DNA from: Malacoraja senta | Taxonomy: Eukaryota | NCBI GenBank assembly: GCA_038087875.1 | Contig: CM075987.1 | Location: 27,716,001 to 27,780,000, forward strand | Reading direction: 5' to 3' | Length of the DNA: 64,000 nucleotides | Part shown: piece by piece, positions 12,101 to 23,987 of the stretch | Layout of the letters: each line of letters starts with the position of its first letter | Numbering within the stretch: position 1 is the first letter of the stretch | Notes under the pieces: model-generated | Database searches by the model: none | Seen by the model: the letters and a program-made list of their open reading frames with translations, nothing else | Told to the model about the DNA's origin: nothing | Position numbers and translations under genes: made by a program

Positions 12101-12258
12101 CCCTTGTGGCTAAAGGGATCAGGGGGTATGGAGAGAAGGCAGGTACGGGATACTGAGTTGGATGATCAGCCATGATCGTATTGAATGGCGGTGCAGGCTC
12201 GAAGGGCCGAATGGCCTACTCCTGCACCTAATTTCTATGTATCTATGTATGTATGACT
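9151..12258 (+). mobile_element. CR1-clade LINE, 5'-truncated (no ORF1), uninterrupted ORF2, in PRPF4 intron 1
   Basis: Splits a Penelope-derived arm; candidate TSD TATTC at 9146-9150 and 12259-12263; CR1 3' UTR (GGCTCGAAGGGCCGAATGGCCTACTCC) and TCTATGT-like tail. Confidence 0.92.
9220..12156 (+). CDS. CR1 ORF2: APE endonuclease + reverse transcriptase
   Basis: LCLNARS, ITETW, VYRPP, GDFN and SDH (APE); NYRPVSLTS, YLDFQKAFDKV, GVPQGSVLGP and FADD (RT); no stop in the frame from 9013 to 12156; first ATG inside the element at 9220. Confidence 0.93.
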   Translation: MRAEAIGSKVKGKSGRQTNPGQKSKRATFQHNCIRGKSVVKTSLKALCLNARSIRNKVDELNVQIAINDYDIVGITETWLQGDQGWELNIQGYSIFRRDREKGKGGGVALLVREEINAVERKDISLEDVESVWVELRNTKGQKTLVGVVYRPPSSSSEVGDGIKQEIRNACNKGKTVIMGDFNLHIDWVNQIGRGAEEEDFLECMRDSYLNQHVEEPTREQAILDWVLSNEEGLVSRLVVRAPLGKSDHNMVEFFIRMESDIVNSETTVLNLKKGNFEGMRRELAKIDWQLVLKGLTVDMQWKAFKDCMDELQKLFIPVWQKNKSRKVVHPWITREIRDSIKAKDDAYKLARKSSIPEDWEKFRDQQRRTKGLIRKGKIDYERKLAGNIKTDCKSFYRYVKRKRLVKSNVGPLQSETGELIMGNKDMADQLNNYFGSVFTKEDINNLPEIAGGRGSKEMEELSEIQVSREVVLGKLNGLKADKSPGPDRLHPRVLKEVAPEIVDALVIIFQNSLDSGVVPEDWRVANVTPLFKKGGREKTGNYRPVSLTSVVGKLLESVIKDGIAAHLESGEIIGQSQHGFTKGKSCLTNLIEFFEDVTSRVDRGEPVDVLYLDFQKAFDKVPHKRLGYKLKSHGIGGSVLMWIENWLANRKQRVGVNGSFSQWQAVTSGVPQGSVLGPQLFTIYINDLDEGIESNISKFADDTKLGGSVSCEEDARRLQGDLDRLGEWANVWQMQYNVDKCEVIHFGSKNGKADYYLNGGRLGNGEMQRDLGVMVHQSLKVGMQVQQAVKKANGMLAFIARGFEYRSSEVLLQLYRVLVRPHLEYCVQFWSPNLRKDIIAIEGVQRRFTRLIPGMSGLSYEERLDRLGLYSLEFRRLRGDLIETYKILMGMDRLDAGRLFPMLGKSRTRGHSLRIRGKSFKTEMRKNFFTQRVVNLWNSLPQRVVEASSLAIFKRELDVALVAKGIRGYGEKAGTGY

Positions 12259-13698
12259 TATTCCTTTCCCCCGGTGATGCTGTTTGACCCTCTGAGTTAC
12301 TCTAACTTTTTGTGTCCATCTGCAGTTCCTTCCTACACAAATCTACATTCAGTCATGGCTGATCTATCTTTCCCTCTCAACCCCATTCTCCTGCTTTAAG
12401 GTCATAAGGAATAGGAGTAGAATTAGGCCATTTGGCCTATCAAGTCTTCTCTGCCATTCAATCATGGCTGATCTATCTCTCGCTCCTAACCCCATTCTCC
12501 TGCCTTCTCCCCATAACGTCTGACACCTGTACTATATAACCCCTTCTTCCTATATCCCCTGATGTCTCAACTAATCAAAAACCTATCAACCTCGGCTTTG
12601 AAACTACCCAATGACTTGGCCTCCACAATCCAATGGTTTTTTATTATCACGTGTACCAAGATCCAGTGAATTTTTTGTTGTTGCATATAGATCAGTAAGA
12701 TTATTAGATAGACATCAGCAAGATTATTGCCATACATGAGGACATTCCCCAGTCATCTATGGCAATTTCACCACCCTCTGGCAAAAGAAATTCCTCCTCA
12801 TCATCTTTCTAAATGTGCATCCCTTTATTCGGAAGATGTTTCTTTCTGGTTGTAGTCTCTCCCACTACTGGACACAGTTTCTCTACGTCCACTCAATCTA
12901 GACATTTCATTATCGGGTAGGTTTTGATGAGATTCCCCCCTCATCCTTCTAAACGCTTCCCCTTCTGTGACTGGGGTGAAGAGTGAGCTGTACCGGCACG
13001 GGGATAGCCATTTGCTTCTTGTACTTTGTCTTTAATGTTGGTGAGAAGAGCAAAACTGACTGGGAGCCCTACCCTTACTAATTTTGGTCCCTGGAAGACT
13101 TTATTCTGATAATAACATTATATCCCCCTCGTTTTCAATAATGAGCATAGCAGGGCCTTCCTCCCGTATGCCTCAGGTTACGGCACGTTGTGATGTAAGG
13201 AACCAGAGCTTTGCCCTGTTTCTAACCTATGGTTAGACTGAAGTTCTACATTTAAGGCCATTTCAGAAGGAAATTACTTTGTCTTCAACAATTCATTTGT
13301 ATTTTATTGTCATTTGTATCGAGGTACAGTGAAATTCTTTGTTTTTGCAGAGAATATGCAAAGAGTCGCCACGTATCTGGTGCTGACAAAGTTACAAAAG
13401 TATTCATTGGAGTCCTGAGGGTCCCTCAGTGTTCTCGGCCTACCCTACCCCTCCTCTTTGCTGTTGCTGCACCTGAATTACAACTAAGGTTGATTGAAAA
13501 ACAAATTGGTAAAATATATAATTGTTCTCACTGATCATTACATTGAGATTTGCATCTGACACTTGCATCTGAGAATCTATGCAGATGGGATGTGGTACAC
13601 CGAATGTTTATTTTTTCTATTTTTCAGCATTGGATAAAATAGTGGGTTAGATTTGCACATTTTCCTCACTGGCGATCGACCACATTACCGTTTGAAAA

Positions 13699-13861
13699 AT
13701 GTCTGACGACGATGATATCCCGTTGCCTAAGAGGTCTCGGATTTACTATGGGAGCCTGGAAGAGAAGGAGAGAGAGAGGATCTCCAAAGGAGAAGGAGGA
13801 TACCTGGGGAGAGATGCCATGAGATTGGGTGTGGAAGCTGGGCACATCAACATATCCAGTG
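13699..13861 (+). CDS. PRPF4: PRPF4 (U4/U6 snRNP Prp4) coding exon 1 of 13
   Basis: Acceptor ttttcAG at 13627; ATG 13699; MSDDDDIPLPKRSRIYYGSLEEKERER...; donor G|GTAAGT. The 13 exons sum to 1521 nt (506 aa + stop) with consistent phases. Confidence 0.93.
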
Positions 13862-14164
13862 GTAAGTGGCAGTGGTTGAGCATATCGCATCCAATAACAC
13901 CGACAAAATGTGGTTCCTCAAAGATTCGTTGGTTTTAACTGCCTGTGTTCATTTTAGAAAGATTTTGTTCCCTCATGTCAATTTCTGGGCACTATGGGAT
14001 AATGGAAGAGACTTTAGTGCCTCTTAACATCACACAATAATGGTAATAGCTCCTATGAAGTGAATGAAAACATATCGATACCATTCAGTCAAATAATTTA
14101 ATTTTTGCAGGCAGAATTCTCAGGTTTTTGGTGGTGCAGCAAACAGATGCTGGTGCTCTGGTGC

Positions 14165-14458
14165 TGAGGTTGTAGCTGGCAGTAGAGCTACAACCTCAGC
14201 ACCAGAGATCCCGGTTCATCCTGACCTCAAATTATTTGTGTGGAGTTTGCACATTCTCCCTGTGACCGCGTAGGTTTCCTCCCACGTTCCAAAAAGACAA
14301 TTTTGTAGATTAATTGATCTGAAATTAGTGTGAAATTGCCCATAGTGTGTAGGAAGTGGATAATATGGAACTAGTGTGAATGGGTGATCGCTGGTTGGGA
14401 TAGACTCAGTGGGCTGAAAGGCCTGTTTCCATGTTGTGTCTCTAAACTAAACTAAACT
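14165..14458 (+). mobile_element. HE1-like SINE
   Basis: Same body, (AAACT)n tail. Confidence 0.75.
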
Positions 14459-14681
14459 TTGACTATCAAACATCTACTCCCATAAAGAACCATGGGATCC
14501 TTAACTTGAGAAATTGGCTTATTATCAAAAGCCTTCCTTGGACTTGTGCTCCAGGTACTGGATTGAGTCTTTAACCCACAGTCTTGTGGGCTGCCAGTAG
14601 AATGGAGAGAAGCTGGAGTTATGGGGAAAGTGGAGTGCTTGTGTTTCAGTGCCATGTTAAAGTTGTCCATCCCCTGCCAAG

Positions 14682-14868
14682 GTGAATTCTACGATGTTGA
14701 AGATCACATCAGCGAGCGGCAGGCCGAGGTGCTGGCGGAGTTTGAGCGCAGAAAGCGAGCGCGGCAGATTAACGTTTCTACGGACGATGCCGAGGTGAAG
14801 GCATGTCTGCGTGCGCTCGGAGAGCCCATCACGCTATTCGGTGAAGGACCAGCGGAACGGCGAGAAAG
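14682..14868 (+). CDS. PRPF4: PRPF4 coding exon 2 (PRP4/SFM motif)
   Basis: [48 protein letters not shown] boundaries. Confidence 0.95.
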
Positions 14869-14904
14869 GTGAGGTGTAATGTAGCTAGCGATGGAAGGCC
14901 TGGA

Positions 14905-15660
14905 TCAGGCTGCATTTAGAGCACTGTGAGCACATTTGGGCCCCGTATCTGAGGAAGGATATGCTGGCTCTGGAGAGGGTCCAGAGAAGGTTTCCAAGAA
15001 TGATCCCAGGAATTAATGGGTTAGCATATGATGAGCGTTTGACCCCACTGGGCCACTAGTCACTGGGGTTTAGAGGGTTGAGGGGGGATCTCATTGAAAC
15101 TTACAGAATAATGAAAGGCATAGATAGAGTGGATGTGGAAAGGATGTTTCCACTAGAGGGAGAGTCTAGGACCAGAGGACACAGCCTCTGAATTAAAGGA
15201 CATTTCTTTAGAAAGGAGATGAGGAGCATTTTTCTTTAGTCAGAGGGTGGTGAATCTGTGGAATCAATTGCCACAGAAGTCATTGGAGGCCGTCAATGGA
15301 TATGCTTAAGGCAGAGATAGATAGATTCTAGATTAGTGCGGGATATAGTTAGGAGGGAGAGATAGATCAGCCTGATTGAATGGTGGAGTAGACTTGATGG
15401 GCCAAATGGCCTAATTCTGCTCCTATGAACTAATGAGCAATAGGAACCTGAGGGGCAACTTTTTCCACACAAAGGGTGGTGGGTGTATGGAATGAGCTGC
15501 CAGAAGAGGTAGTTGAGGCAGGGACAATCGCAGTATTTAAGAAGCATTTAGACAGGTACATGGATAGGACAGGTTTAGAGGGATATGGGCCAAACGCAGG
15601 CAGGTGGGACTAGTGTAGATGAGACATGTTGGTCGGCGTGGGAAAGATGGGCCTGTTTTC
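14905..15660 (+). mobile_element. CR1 3' fragments
   Basis: Degenerate CR1 ORF2 end plus two 3' UTR types. Confidence 0.75.
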
Positions 15661-16010
15661 GACTGAATGATTGTAGCTGTAGTGGGAGTATAAAAGTTCT
15701 GTTGGTATTTATTTTCAGGATCTGCGCATTATTGGTGCTGTCGGTATTTATTGCCGGTCCTTGGAAAGACGGGGATGAGCCACATTGTTAAAGCGCTGCA
15801 GTGGTGAAGCTCTCCCAGTGTTTTGGGGCAGCAACTTCCAGTTTTCTTCCTGCTTTGTTTAAGCCGAGCTTTACTGGAACAACTGAATGCCATGTGGGGT
15901 GATTTCAGAATTCAGGCGGCACAGCGGTTTGGCTGTTATGGAAAATGTCATCAATGTTCTTTGTTGGAGAAGCTGCTGTCCGCTGGCTGATTGCTGAATT
16001 TGTTCTTCAG

Positions 16011-16095
16011 GTTGCGGAATATCTTGTCTGTGGTGGGTGCTGATGCCTTGAAGAAAACCGAGAAGCTGGAAGATGCAAAGAAAGGCCGACAGGAG
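16011..16095 (+). CDS. PRPF4: PRPF4 coding exon 3
   Basis: LRNILSVVGADALKKTEKLEDAKKGRQE; ttcttcAG acceptor and GTGTGC donor. Confidence 0.92.
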
Positions 16096-17732
16096 GTGTG
16101 CTGTGTATACAAATGTTTCATGTGCATTAGAGTATGGCATTGCTTAGAATAATCATTGTCGAGTAGGTTTGAAATGTATAAATGAGTAAATGCTTGTGGT
16201 TTGAACGGTTCTGGTCTAAAAGCGGAGGTGTCTGGGAATGACTGCAGTGTGGTGCTGACGTTATTTTATCCCCACCACAGATTTTACTCTGATTAGAGAC
16301 ACGTACATACAGGTGAACTTGAGATAAAACCTTACGGCGTGAAGCACAGTGGTTGTTAGAGGTGGACAGGGAGGAAATGTCAGAGTCACACAACGTGGAA
16401 ACAAGCCCCTCGGCCCAACATGCCCACGGCGACCAACATAGAACATAGACAAATAGGTACAGAAGTAGGCCATTCGAGCCGCTGATCATTCAAAATCAGT
16501 ATCATGTTCTTGCTTTTCCCCCATATCCCTTGATATATCCCAGCTACACTAGTCCCACCTGCCCACTTTTGGCCCATATCCCTCTAAACCTGTCCTTTCC
16601 ATGTACCTGTCTAAATGTTTCTTAATCATTGCTGTGGTACCTGGGTCAACTACCTCCTCCGGCAGCTCATTCCCTACACCCACTGTCCTCTGTATGAAAA
16701 AAGTTGCCCCGTAACCGTGTGGCTTCCTAGCTTGGTGGAGTGTAAACGGGTGCCCGCTGAAAAGCAAGTGTACAATGCTAGCTTTTTCGGAGAGAAAAAA
16801 ACACATTGCTTTTATATATTTTTCTGAATGGTCTGGAGAATTGTCCTCAAGGTTTAATGGTCAGATTTCAGGAATAGATAACTGGCAGAGCCAGTACCTT
16901 TTCTTTTTTCTCATTCATTTATTTCATTTAATTTTGGCAACCCTAAAATGAGTGCGTTCACCTATCCACAGGCAAATACTCATGCAAACAGGCTGACACT
17001 GCAGAACATCAGTAAGCATGGATTACATTTTTGATTAGAGAGTGACTCTCAGTTAGACAAAAAGCTGGAGAAATTCAGCGGGTGAGGCAGCATCTATGGA
17101 GGGATTCCTTCGCTCCATAGATGCTGCCTCACCCGCTGAGTTTCTCCAGCTTTTTGTCTACCTTCGATTTTTCCAGCATCTGCAGTTCTTTCTTAAACAG
17201 TGTGAATCTCTCTCGTTTTCGATTATTAAAAACGGGGCATGGGATTTCCAGCTCTTAAGGCTGCATTTTTTTAGCAATTTTGAGAAAATGGTTCTTGCTC
17301 ATTATAGTTGTGATCACTGTATAGATGTAAAAGAACAATTTCAATGTCTTGTGTAGGAAGGAACTGCAGGTGCTGTTTTCAACCGAAGATGAAGTACGGT
17401 AGGGTTAAACCGAAAAAGTGCTGGTTTAAACTGAAGCCATACACCCATCACCCTTTGTGTGAAAAAGACAACATGCTGGAGTAACTCAGCGGGTCAGGCA
17501 GCATCTCTGGAGTAAAGGAATAGGTGACATTTCGTGTCAAGACCCTTCTTAGACTGATGAAGGGTCTCGACATTTAATGTCACCCATTCCTTTTCTCCAG
17601 AGATGTTGCCTGACCCACTGAGTTACTCCAGCACGTTGTGTTATCTTCGATTTCAATGTCTTGCTGAGCGAAAATGTTGTGGTGTGAAACTGGTTGTGAC
17701 CAGCTAACAATGTATCCGTGGCATTGTATCTC

Positions 17733-18150
17733 ATAGAGTGATGCAGTGTGGAAACAGGCACTTCAGCCCAACTTGCCCACACCAGACAACATGTGCCAGC
17801 TACACTAGTCCCACCTGCCTGCGCTTGGTCCATATCCCTCCACACCTGTCCTATCCATGTACTTGTCTAACTGTTTCTTAAACTGTGTTAATCCCAGCCT
17901 CAACTACCTCCTCTGGCAGCTCGTTCCATACACCCACCACCCTCTGTGTGAAAAAGTTACCCCTCAGATTCCTATTCAACCTATGTCCTCTGGTCCTCGA
18001 TCTACCCACTCTGGACAAGAGACTTTGTGCATCTACCCGATCTATTCCCCTCATGATTTTGTACACCTCTATAACATCATCCCTCATCCTCCTGCGCTCC
18101 AAGGAATAGAGTCCCAACCAACTCCACCTCTCCCTCTAGTCCTGGCAATA
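17733..18150 (-). mobile_element. CR1 (HER1-like) 3' fragment
   Basis: LYSLERRRMRDDVIEVYKIMRGIDRV...FFTQRVVGVWNELP. Confidence 0.8.
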
Positions 18151-18385
18151 TCCTCATAAAACACATCTATCACTGAAAGGGTCTGAAGTAGGGTCGTCCA
18201 TTCCACTAACCAGAAATGCTGCCTGTCCCGCTGAGTTACTCCAGCATTTTGTGACTATCTTCGGTGTAAACCAGCACCTGCAGTTCCTTCCTGCACAGAA
18301 AGTTAATGTTGGATTGTGGACCTCCACTGTCCTCCTCACCAGAAGCCACTGGTTTGATTTACCTTTCCCATTTATTTTTCTACAG

Positions 18386-18465
18386 CATCAGCAGACCTGG
18401 TATCATGAGGGTCCCAGCTCCCTGAAGACTGCTCGTCTCTACATTGCAAGGTTTTCTCTGCCAAG
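18386..18465 (+). CDS. PRPF4: PRPF4 coding exon 4
   Basis: [31 protein letters not shown] boundaries. Confidence 0.94.
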
Positions 18466-18605
18466 GTGGGTCCAGTGACACTAATCTGTCTGGTTATGAA
18501 TGCGGAAGTTTCGTAAGTTTTTTCTTTTTGTTTTGAACAGAATGTGGAGATTTAGGCATTCAATCCTTGAACTCCCGTTTAAATTAATTTCACATCACCT
18601 TTCGC

Positions 18606-18957
18606 TTAGTTTAGAGATACAGCAGGGGAAACAGGCCATTCGGCCCACCGAGTCCATGCCAACCAGCGATCCCCGCACACTAACACTATCCTTCACACAC
18701 TAGGGACAATTTAATGTTGTACACCTCTATAATTATAGAATTATAGAATTATAGAAATACAGTTTACAATTATACCAAGCCAATCAGCCTGCAAACCTGT
18801 AAGTCTTTTCGGAGTGAAAACGGGAGCTCCCAGAGAAAACCCATGCAGGTCATGGCAAGTACGTTCAAACTCCGTAATACAGCACCCATAGTCAGGATCA
18901 AAGCCGAGTCTCTGGTGCTGTGAGGCAGTAATTCTATCGCTGCGCCACTGTGCCACC
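18606..18957 (-). mobile_element. HE1-like SINE
   Basis: Reverse-complement copy. Confidence 0.8.
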
Positions 18958-19050
18958 CACATTGAACCTGAATATAAATGGTCCTGTGTAGGTCGTGACA
19001 AATATATATGGGCATTCTTTTTTGAATGCCTGATGTGCTGTGTTTCCTAG

Positions 19051-19144
19051 GGCCTTGAAGCGATTGGAAGAGGCGAGAGCCAATAAAGAGACCCCAGATG
19101 CTTCCCGAACGGCTCGACAGCAAGAACTTCACAAGGGTTTGAGG
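19051..19144 (+). CDS. PRPF4: PRPF4 coding exon 5
   Basis: [31 protein letters not shown]; donor GTGAGT. Confidence 0.94.
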
Positions 19145-19910
19145 GTGAGTATGTGGTCAGATTGGGGATGTGGTGCTTATTATGGACTGAAGATAGACAC
19201 TAAAAGCTGGAGTAACTCAGCGGGACAGGCAGCATCTCTGGAAAGAGGGAATGGGTGACGTTTTAGGTCGAGACCTTTCTTCCAGAAAGGTTGTCTTCTT
19301 GGCACCAGGTTACGAGCTTCTCAGTCTCCTTCTGTTGTCCGTCTCATCTTTATTTGACATGCAGCCCACTGATAAACTACGGACTGTGCAGTCTACATGA
19401 ATCTCTTGTTGCATGGGCGATGCAGCTTTGCTCAAAGCTAATAGATGATACTGGGAATAACATAACTGGATGGCACAGGGGCATCCACTAAGCGCCTCTT
19501 GTATCCAGCTTGGAAATTTCTTATTAGTTTAGAGAGTCATGGAGTGATACAGCCCGGCCCAACTTGCAAACATGCCACATTCACTGGTCCCACCTGCCTG
19601 CGATGGGCCCAATTCCCTTCAAATCCCTCTATCCCTCCAAATGTCTCTCAAACATTATGATAGTACCTGCCTCAACTACCTTCTCCGGCAGCTCGTTCCA
19701 TATGCGTAAACAGCGTTACGTCTCGGGTATATCTATATCTCTCGTTTCCCTTTCCCATCACTTTCAGTCTGAAGAATGGTCTCGACCTGAAATGTCACCC
19801 ATTGCTTCTCTCCAGAGATGCTGCCTGTCCCGCTGAGTTACTCCAGCATTTTGTGTCTTATCTTCGGTTTAAACCAGCATCTGCAGTTCCTTGCTACACA
19901 TTAGCTCTCG

Positions 19911-20245
19911 GGTACCTAATCTGAGGATGTTTCCCAATATCATTTTTAAAGTGGGAATAGCCCCTCCCTCTCTGCCCCCCTCCCTCTCTGCCCCCGCCTC
20001 TGCCCCCCCCCCTCCGTCTCTGCCCCCCCCTCCCTCTCTGCCCCCCCCCCTCCCTCTCAGGTACCTAATCTGAGGATGTTTCCCAATATCATTTTAAAAG
20101 TGGGAATAGCCCCTCCCTCTCTGCCCCCCCTCCCTCTCTGCCCCCCTCTCCCTCTGCCTCTCCCTCTCTGCCCCCCCCCCATTTCCCTCTCTGCCCCCCC
20201 TCTCCCTCTCTGCCCCTCCCCCCCGCTCTGCCCCCCCTCCCTCTT
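19911..20245. repeat. Tandem duplication with C-rich tracts
   Basis: GGTACCTAATCTGAGGATGTTTCCCAATATC...CCCTCCCTCTCTGCCCCCC occurs at 19911 and 20060. Confidence 0.85.
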
Positions 20246-21323
20246 CTTCCTAAACATTCTTCCTTTCCTTCAGCACTGAATTCTCTTTGTTTTTAAATTA
20301 AATCATTTTGAATATCTCAGTGGAAGGCCTGATCGTACCGAATAATCTTTCAATATGTTTTTATTATGTGGGAGATGTCAGATAATGGGCATCCTTATGA
20401 TTTAGGCGATGTTGTGCCAGCAACAACTTCTCCCTGTATGGTGCAAAGTTTTAATAACATTCAGAAGTTTCATTGCAAAATAATGTTATGTTTACTAAAG
20501 GCAGGTTAAATAATGTCCAAGAGAAGGGCCTACATGACTTCCATTTAAAACTCTTCACTTCTCAATTATGTTGCTAATTTTGGAGAAGTTTACGTTGTTG
20601 GTTCTCACCTAAAGCAACGCTGAGTTACATCAGCACTTTGTCTACCTTCGGGGTAAACCTGCATCTGCAGTTCCTTCCTACACATTTGATCTGCTCCACT
20701 ATGAAATCTCCTCAAGGTATGACAATAGCGAGTAGGCCATTCGGCCCTTCGAGCCAGTACCGCCATTCAACGTGATCATGGCTGATCATCCCCAATCAGT
20801 ACCCCGTTCCTGCCTTCTCCCCATATCCCCTGACTGCTATTTTTCAGAGCCCTATCTAGCTCTCTCTTGAAAGCCTACTTTGAAGTTGTTCTCCTCCTCT
20901 CTCTGACGACATCCCCTCTCAGTGCTCCCCCTCTGTGATTCCTCCTGCTCTCCAGCTCTACACCTTGATCACCATCCCCTTAGATCTGTGTTTTCACACC
21001 TTATCCTTCCATATCTCTTGTCTCCATCTCCCCTGATTCTCAGTCTGAAGAAGGGTCTCAACCCAAAATGTCACCTATTCCTTCTCTCCAGAGATGCTGC
21101 CTGTCCCGCTGAGTTTCTCCAGCTTTTTATGTCTACGGTGTAAACCAGCATCTGCAGTTCTTTCCTAAAGTATACTGTGTTGTTACCATCTTGCACTTTT
21201 AAGAAAGTTCTTACAGTAGTCAAGGAGTTATTGATTCCTCCAGCCTTTCTCTGCCTGCCTCTCGCTCCCCCTCTGCCTGCCCACCGTTTGCTCACATCAG
21301 TCTTCACTTTGATTTTGTTGCAG

Positions 21324-21418
21324 GCCCTGAATAACTTCTGCAGCCAGATTGGTGATGACCGTCCCATTTCCTACTGTCAGTTCAGCCCCAACTCCAAGCT
21401 ACTGGCCACGGCTTCCTG
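21324..21418 (+). CDS. PRPF4: PRPF4 coding exon 6 (start of WD40 region)
   Basis: [32 protein letters not shown]; donor GTAAGA. Confidence 0.95.
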
Positions 21419-21439
21419 GTAAGACTTAAAAGCAGTAGT

Positions 21440-22893
21440 ACCTGTGGATTGAAGGGTAGCTAATGTTATCCCACTTTTCAAGAAAGGAGGGAGAGAGAAA
21501 GCAGGGAATTATAGACCAGTTAGCCTGACATCGGTGGTGGGGAAGATGCTGGAGTCAATTATAAAAGATGAAATAGTGGCACATTTGGATAGCAGTAACA
21601 GGATCGGTCCGAGTCAGCATGGATTTATGATGGGGAAATCATGCTTGACAAATCTTCTGGAATTTTTTGAGGCTGTAACTAGGAAAGTGGTCAAGGGAGA
21701 GCCAGTGGATGTAGTATACCTGGACTTTCAGAAAGCATTTGATAAGGTCCTACATAGGAGATTAGTTGGCAAAATTAGAGCACATGGTATTGGGGGTAGG
21801 GTATTGACATGGATAGAAAATTGGTTGGCAGACAGGAAACAAAGAGTAGGGATTAACATGTCACTTTCCGAATGGCAAGCAGTGACTAGTGGGGTACCGC
21901 AAGGCTCGGTGCTGGGACTGCAGCTATTTACAATATACATTAATGATTTAGATGAAGGAATTAAAAATAACATTAGCAAGTTTGCAGATGACACAAAGCT
22001 GGATGGCAGTGTGAACTGTGAGGAGGAAGCTATGAGGATGCAGGGTGACTTGGACAGGTTGGGTGAGTGGGCAGATGCATGGCAGATGAAGTTTAATGTG
22101 GATAAATGTGAGGTTATCCACTTTGGAGGCAATAACAGGAAGGCAGATTATTATCTGAATGGTGTCAGGTTAGGGAAAGGGGAAGTACAACGGGATCTGG
22201 GGGTCCTTGTTCATCATCACTGAAAGTAAGCATGCAGGTACAGCAGGCGGTGAAGAAAGCTAATGGCATGTTGGCCTTCATAACGAGAGGAGTTCAGTAT
22301 AGAAGCAAAGAGGTCATTCTGCAGTTGTACAGGGCCCTGGAGAGAACATACCTAGAATATTGTGTGCAGTTTTGGTCTCCTAATTTGAGGAAGGACCTTC
22401 TTGCTGTTGAGGGAGTGCAGCGTATGTTCACGAGGTTAATTCCCAGGATGGAGGGACTGTCCTATGATGATAGAATGGAGCGACTGGGCTTGTAATCAAT
22501 GGAATTTAGAAGGATGAGAGGGAATCTTATAGAAACATTTAAAATTATTAAGGGGTTGGACACGCTAGATGCAGGAAACATGTTCCCGGTGTTGGGGCAG
22601 TCCAGAACCAGGGACCACGTTTAATGATAAGGGGTAGGATTTTAGAATGAGATGAGGAAAAACTTTTTCACTTGTGCATTTGTGGAATTGTCTGCCACAG
22701 AAGGCAGTGGAGACCGATTCACTGGATGCATTCAAAAGAGAGTTCGATAGAGCTCTTAGGGCTAGCGGAATCAAGGGATATGTGGAGAAGGCAGGAACGG
22801 GGTACTGATTGTGGATCATCTGCCATGATCACATTGAATGGCGGTGCTGGTTCGAAGGGCCGAATGGCCTACTCCTGCACCTATTGTCAATGT
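21440..22893 (+). mobile_element. 5'-truncated CR1 LINE with disrupted RT
   Basis: ORFs 21534-22223 and 22232-22495 carry RT motifs broken by frameshifts/stops; CR1 3' end present. Confidence 0.9.
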
Positions 22894-23694
22894 ATCTCCC
22901 AAGCGTTACACTGAGTCCTGGGCTGCCTGGTGTAGTGTTGAACATTAAGGAGAGAAACTCTGGCTCACAGCCAGCTGTTGTGCTGGTTTAATTGGTTTTA
23001 GTCAGACTGTAGCAGGGAGATGTAACGTCTGGTGATGGTGGGGGTCAGCCACAAGGCAAGTCTCTCACACTTGCTGAATGGTGCACGTAGGTGATGACTT
23101 TTATAAGCTTGTAAAAGGAGAAAGTTGATTTTAAGAGAGAACGTGTGTAATATCAAAATAAGCAGCCAGAGTTTCAATTGATATATAAATAGGGAGAAGG
23201 CAGCTAAGGTCAGTATGGGAACTCTGGGGAACAAAGCTGGTGAATTAATAACAGGAACAAAGAAATAGCAGGTATGTTAGTTGTAGAGATACAGTATGGA
23301 CACAGGCCCATCATCCCTCCAAGTCCACTCCGACTATCGATCACTCCTTCATGGTAGTTCCATGTGATCCCTCGTTCTCATCCACGCTAGGAGCAATTTA
23401 CAGAGGGCCAATTAACCTTCAAACCCGCACATCTTTGGAATGTGGGAGGAAACGGGAGCACCCAGAGGAAATGCATGTGATTCCAGGGAGAAGTGTAAAC
23501 CACACAGACAGCAGCCATGGTCAGGATGGAACCTGGCTCTCTGTTGCCGTGAGGCAGCAGTTTTGCCATTTGCGCCACTGTGCCGTCCAAACTTATTTTT
23601 TTGCATCATTCTTCACCGTGGTGGACACTGCTAATGCCCCCAGGGTAACAGACATGCTCATTTTCTCCAGAGATGCTTTCTGACACGTTGAGTT

Positions 23695-23987
23695 GAGTTT
23701 AGAGATACAGCGCGGAAACAGGCCCTTTCGGCCCACCGGGTCCGCGCCGACTAGCGATCCCTGCACATTAACACTATCCTATACACACTAGGGACCATTT
23801 TTACATTTATCAAGCCAATTTACCTACAAACCTGTACGTCTTTGGAGTGTGGGAGGAAACCGAAGATCTCCGAGAAAACCCACGTAGGTCACAGGGACAA
23901 AGTACTAACTCTGTACAGACAGCACCCGTAGTCGGGATCGAACCCAGGTCTCCGGCGCTGCATTAGCTGTAAGGCAGCAACTCTACC
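23695..23987 (-). mobile_element. HE1-like SINE (another copy at about 23283-23585)
   Basis: Reverse-complement copy. Confidence 0.8.
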
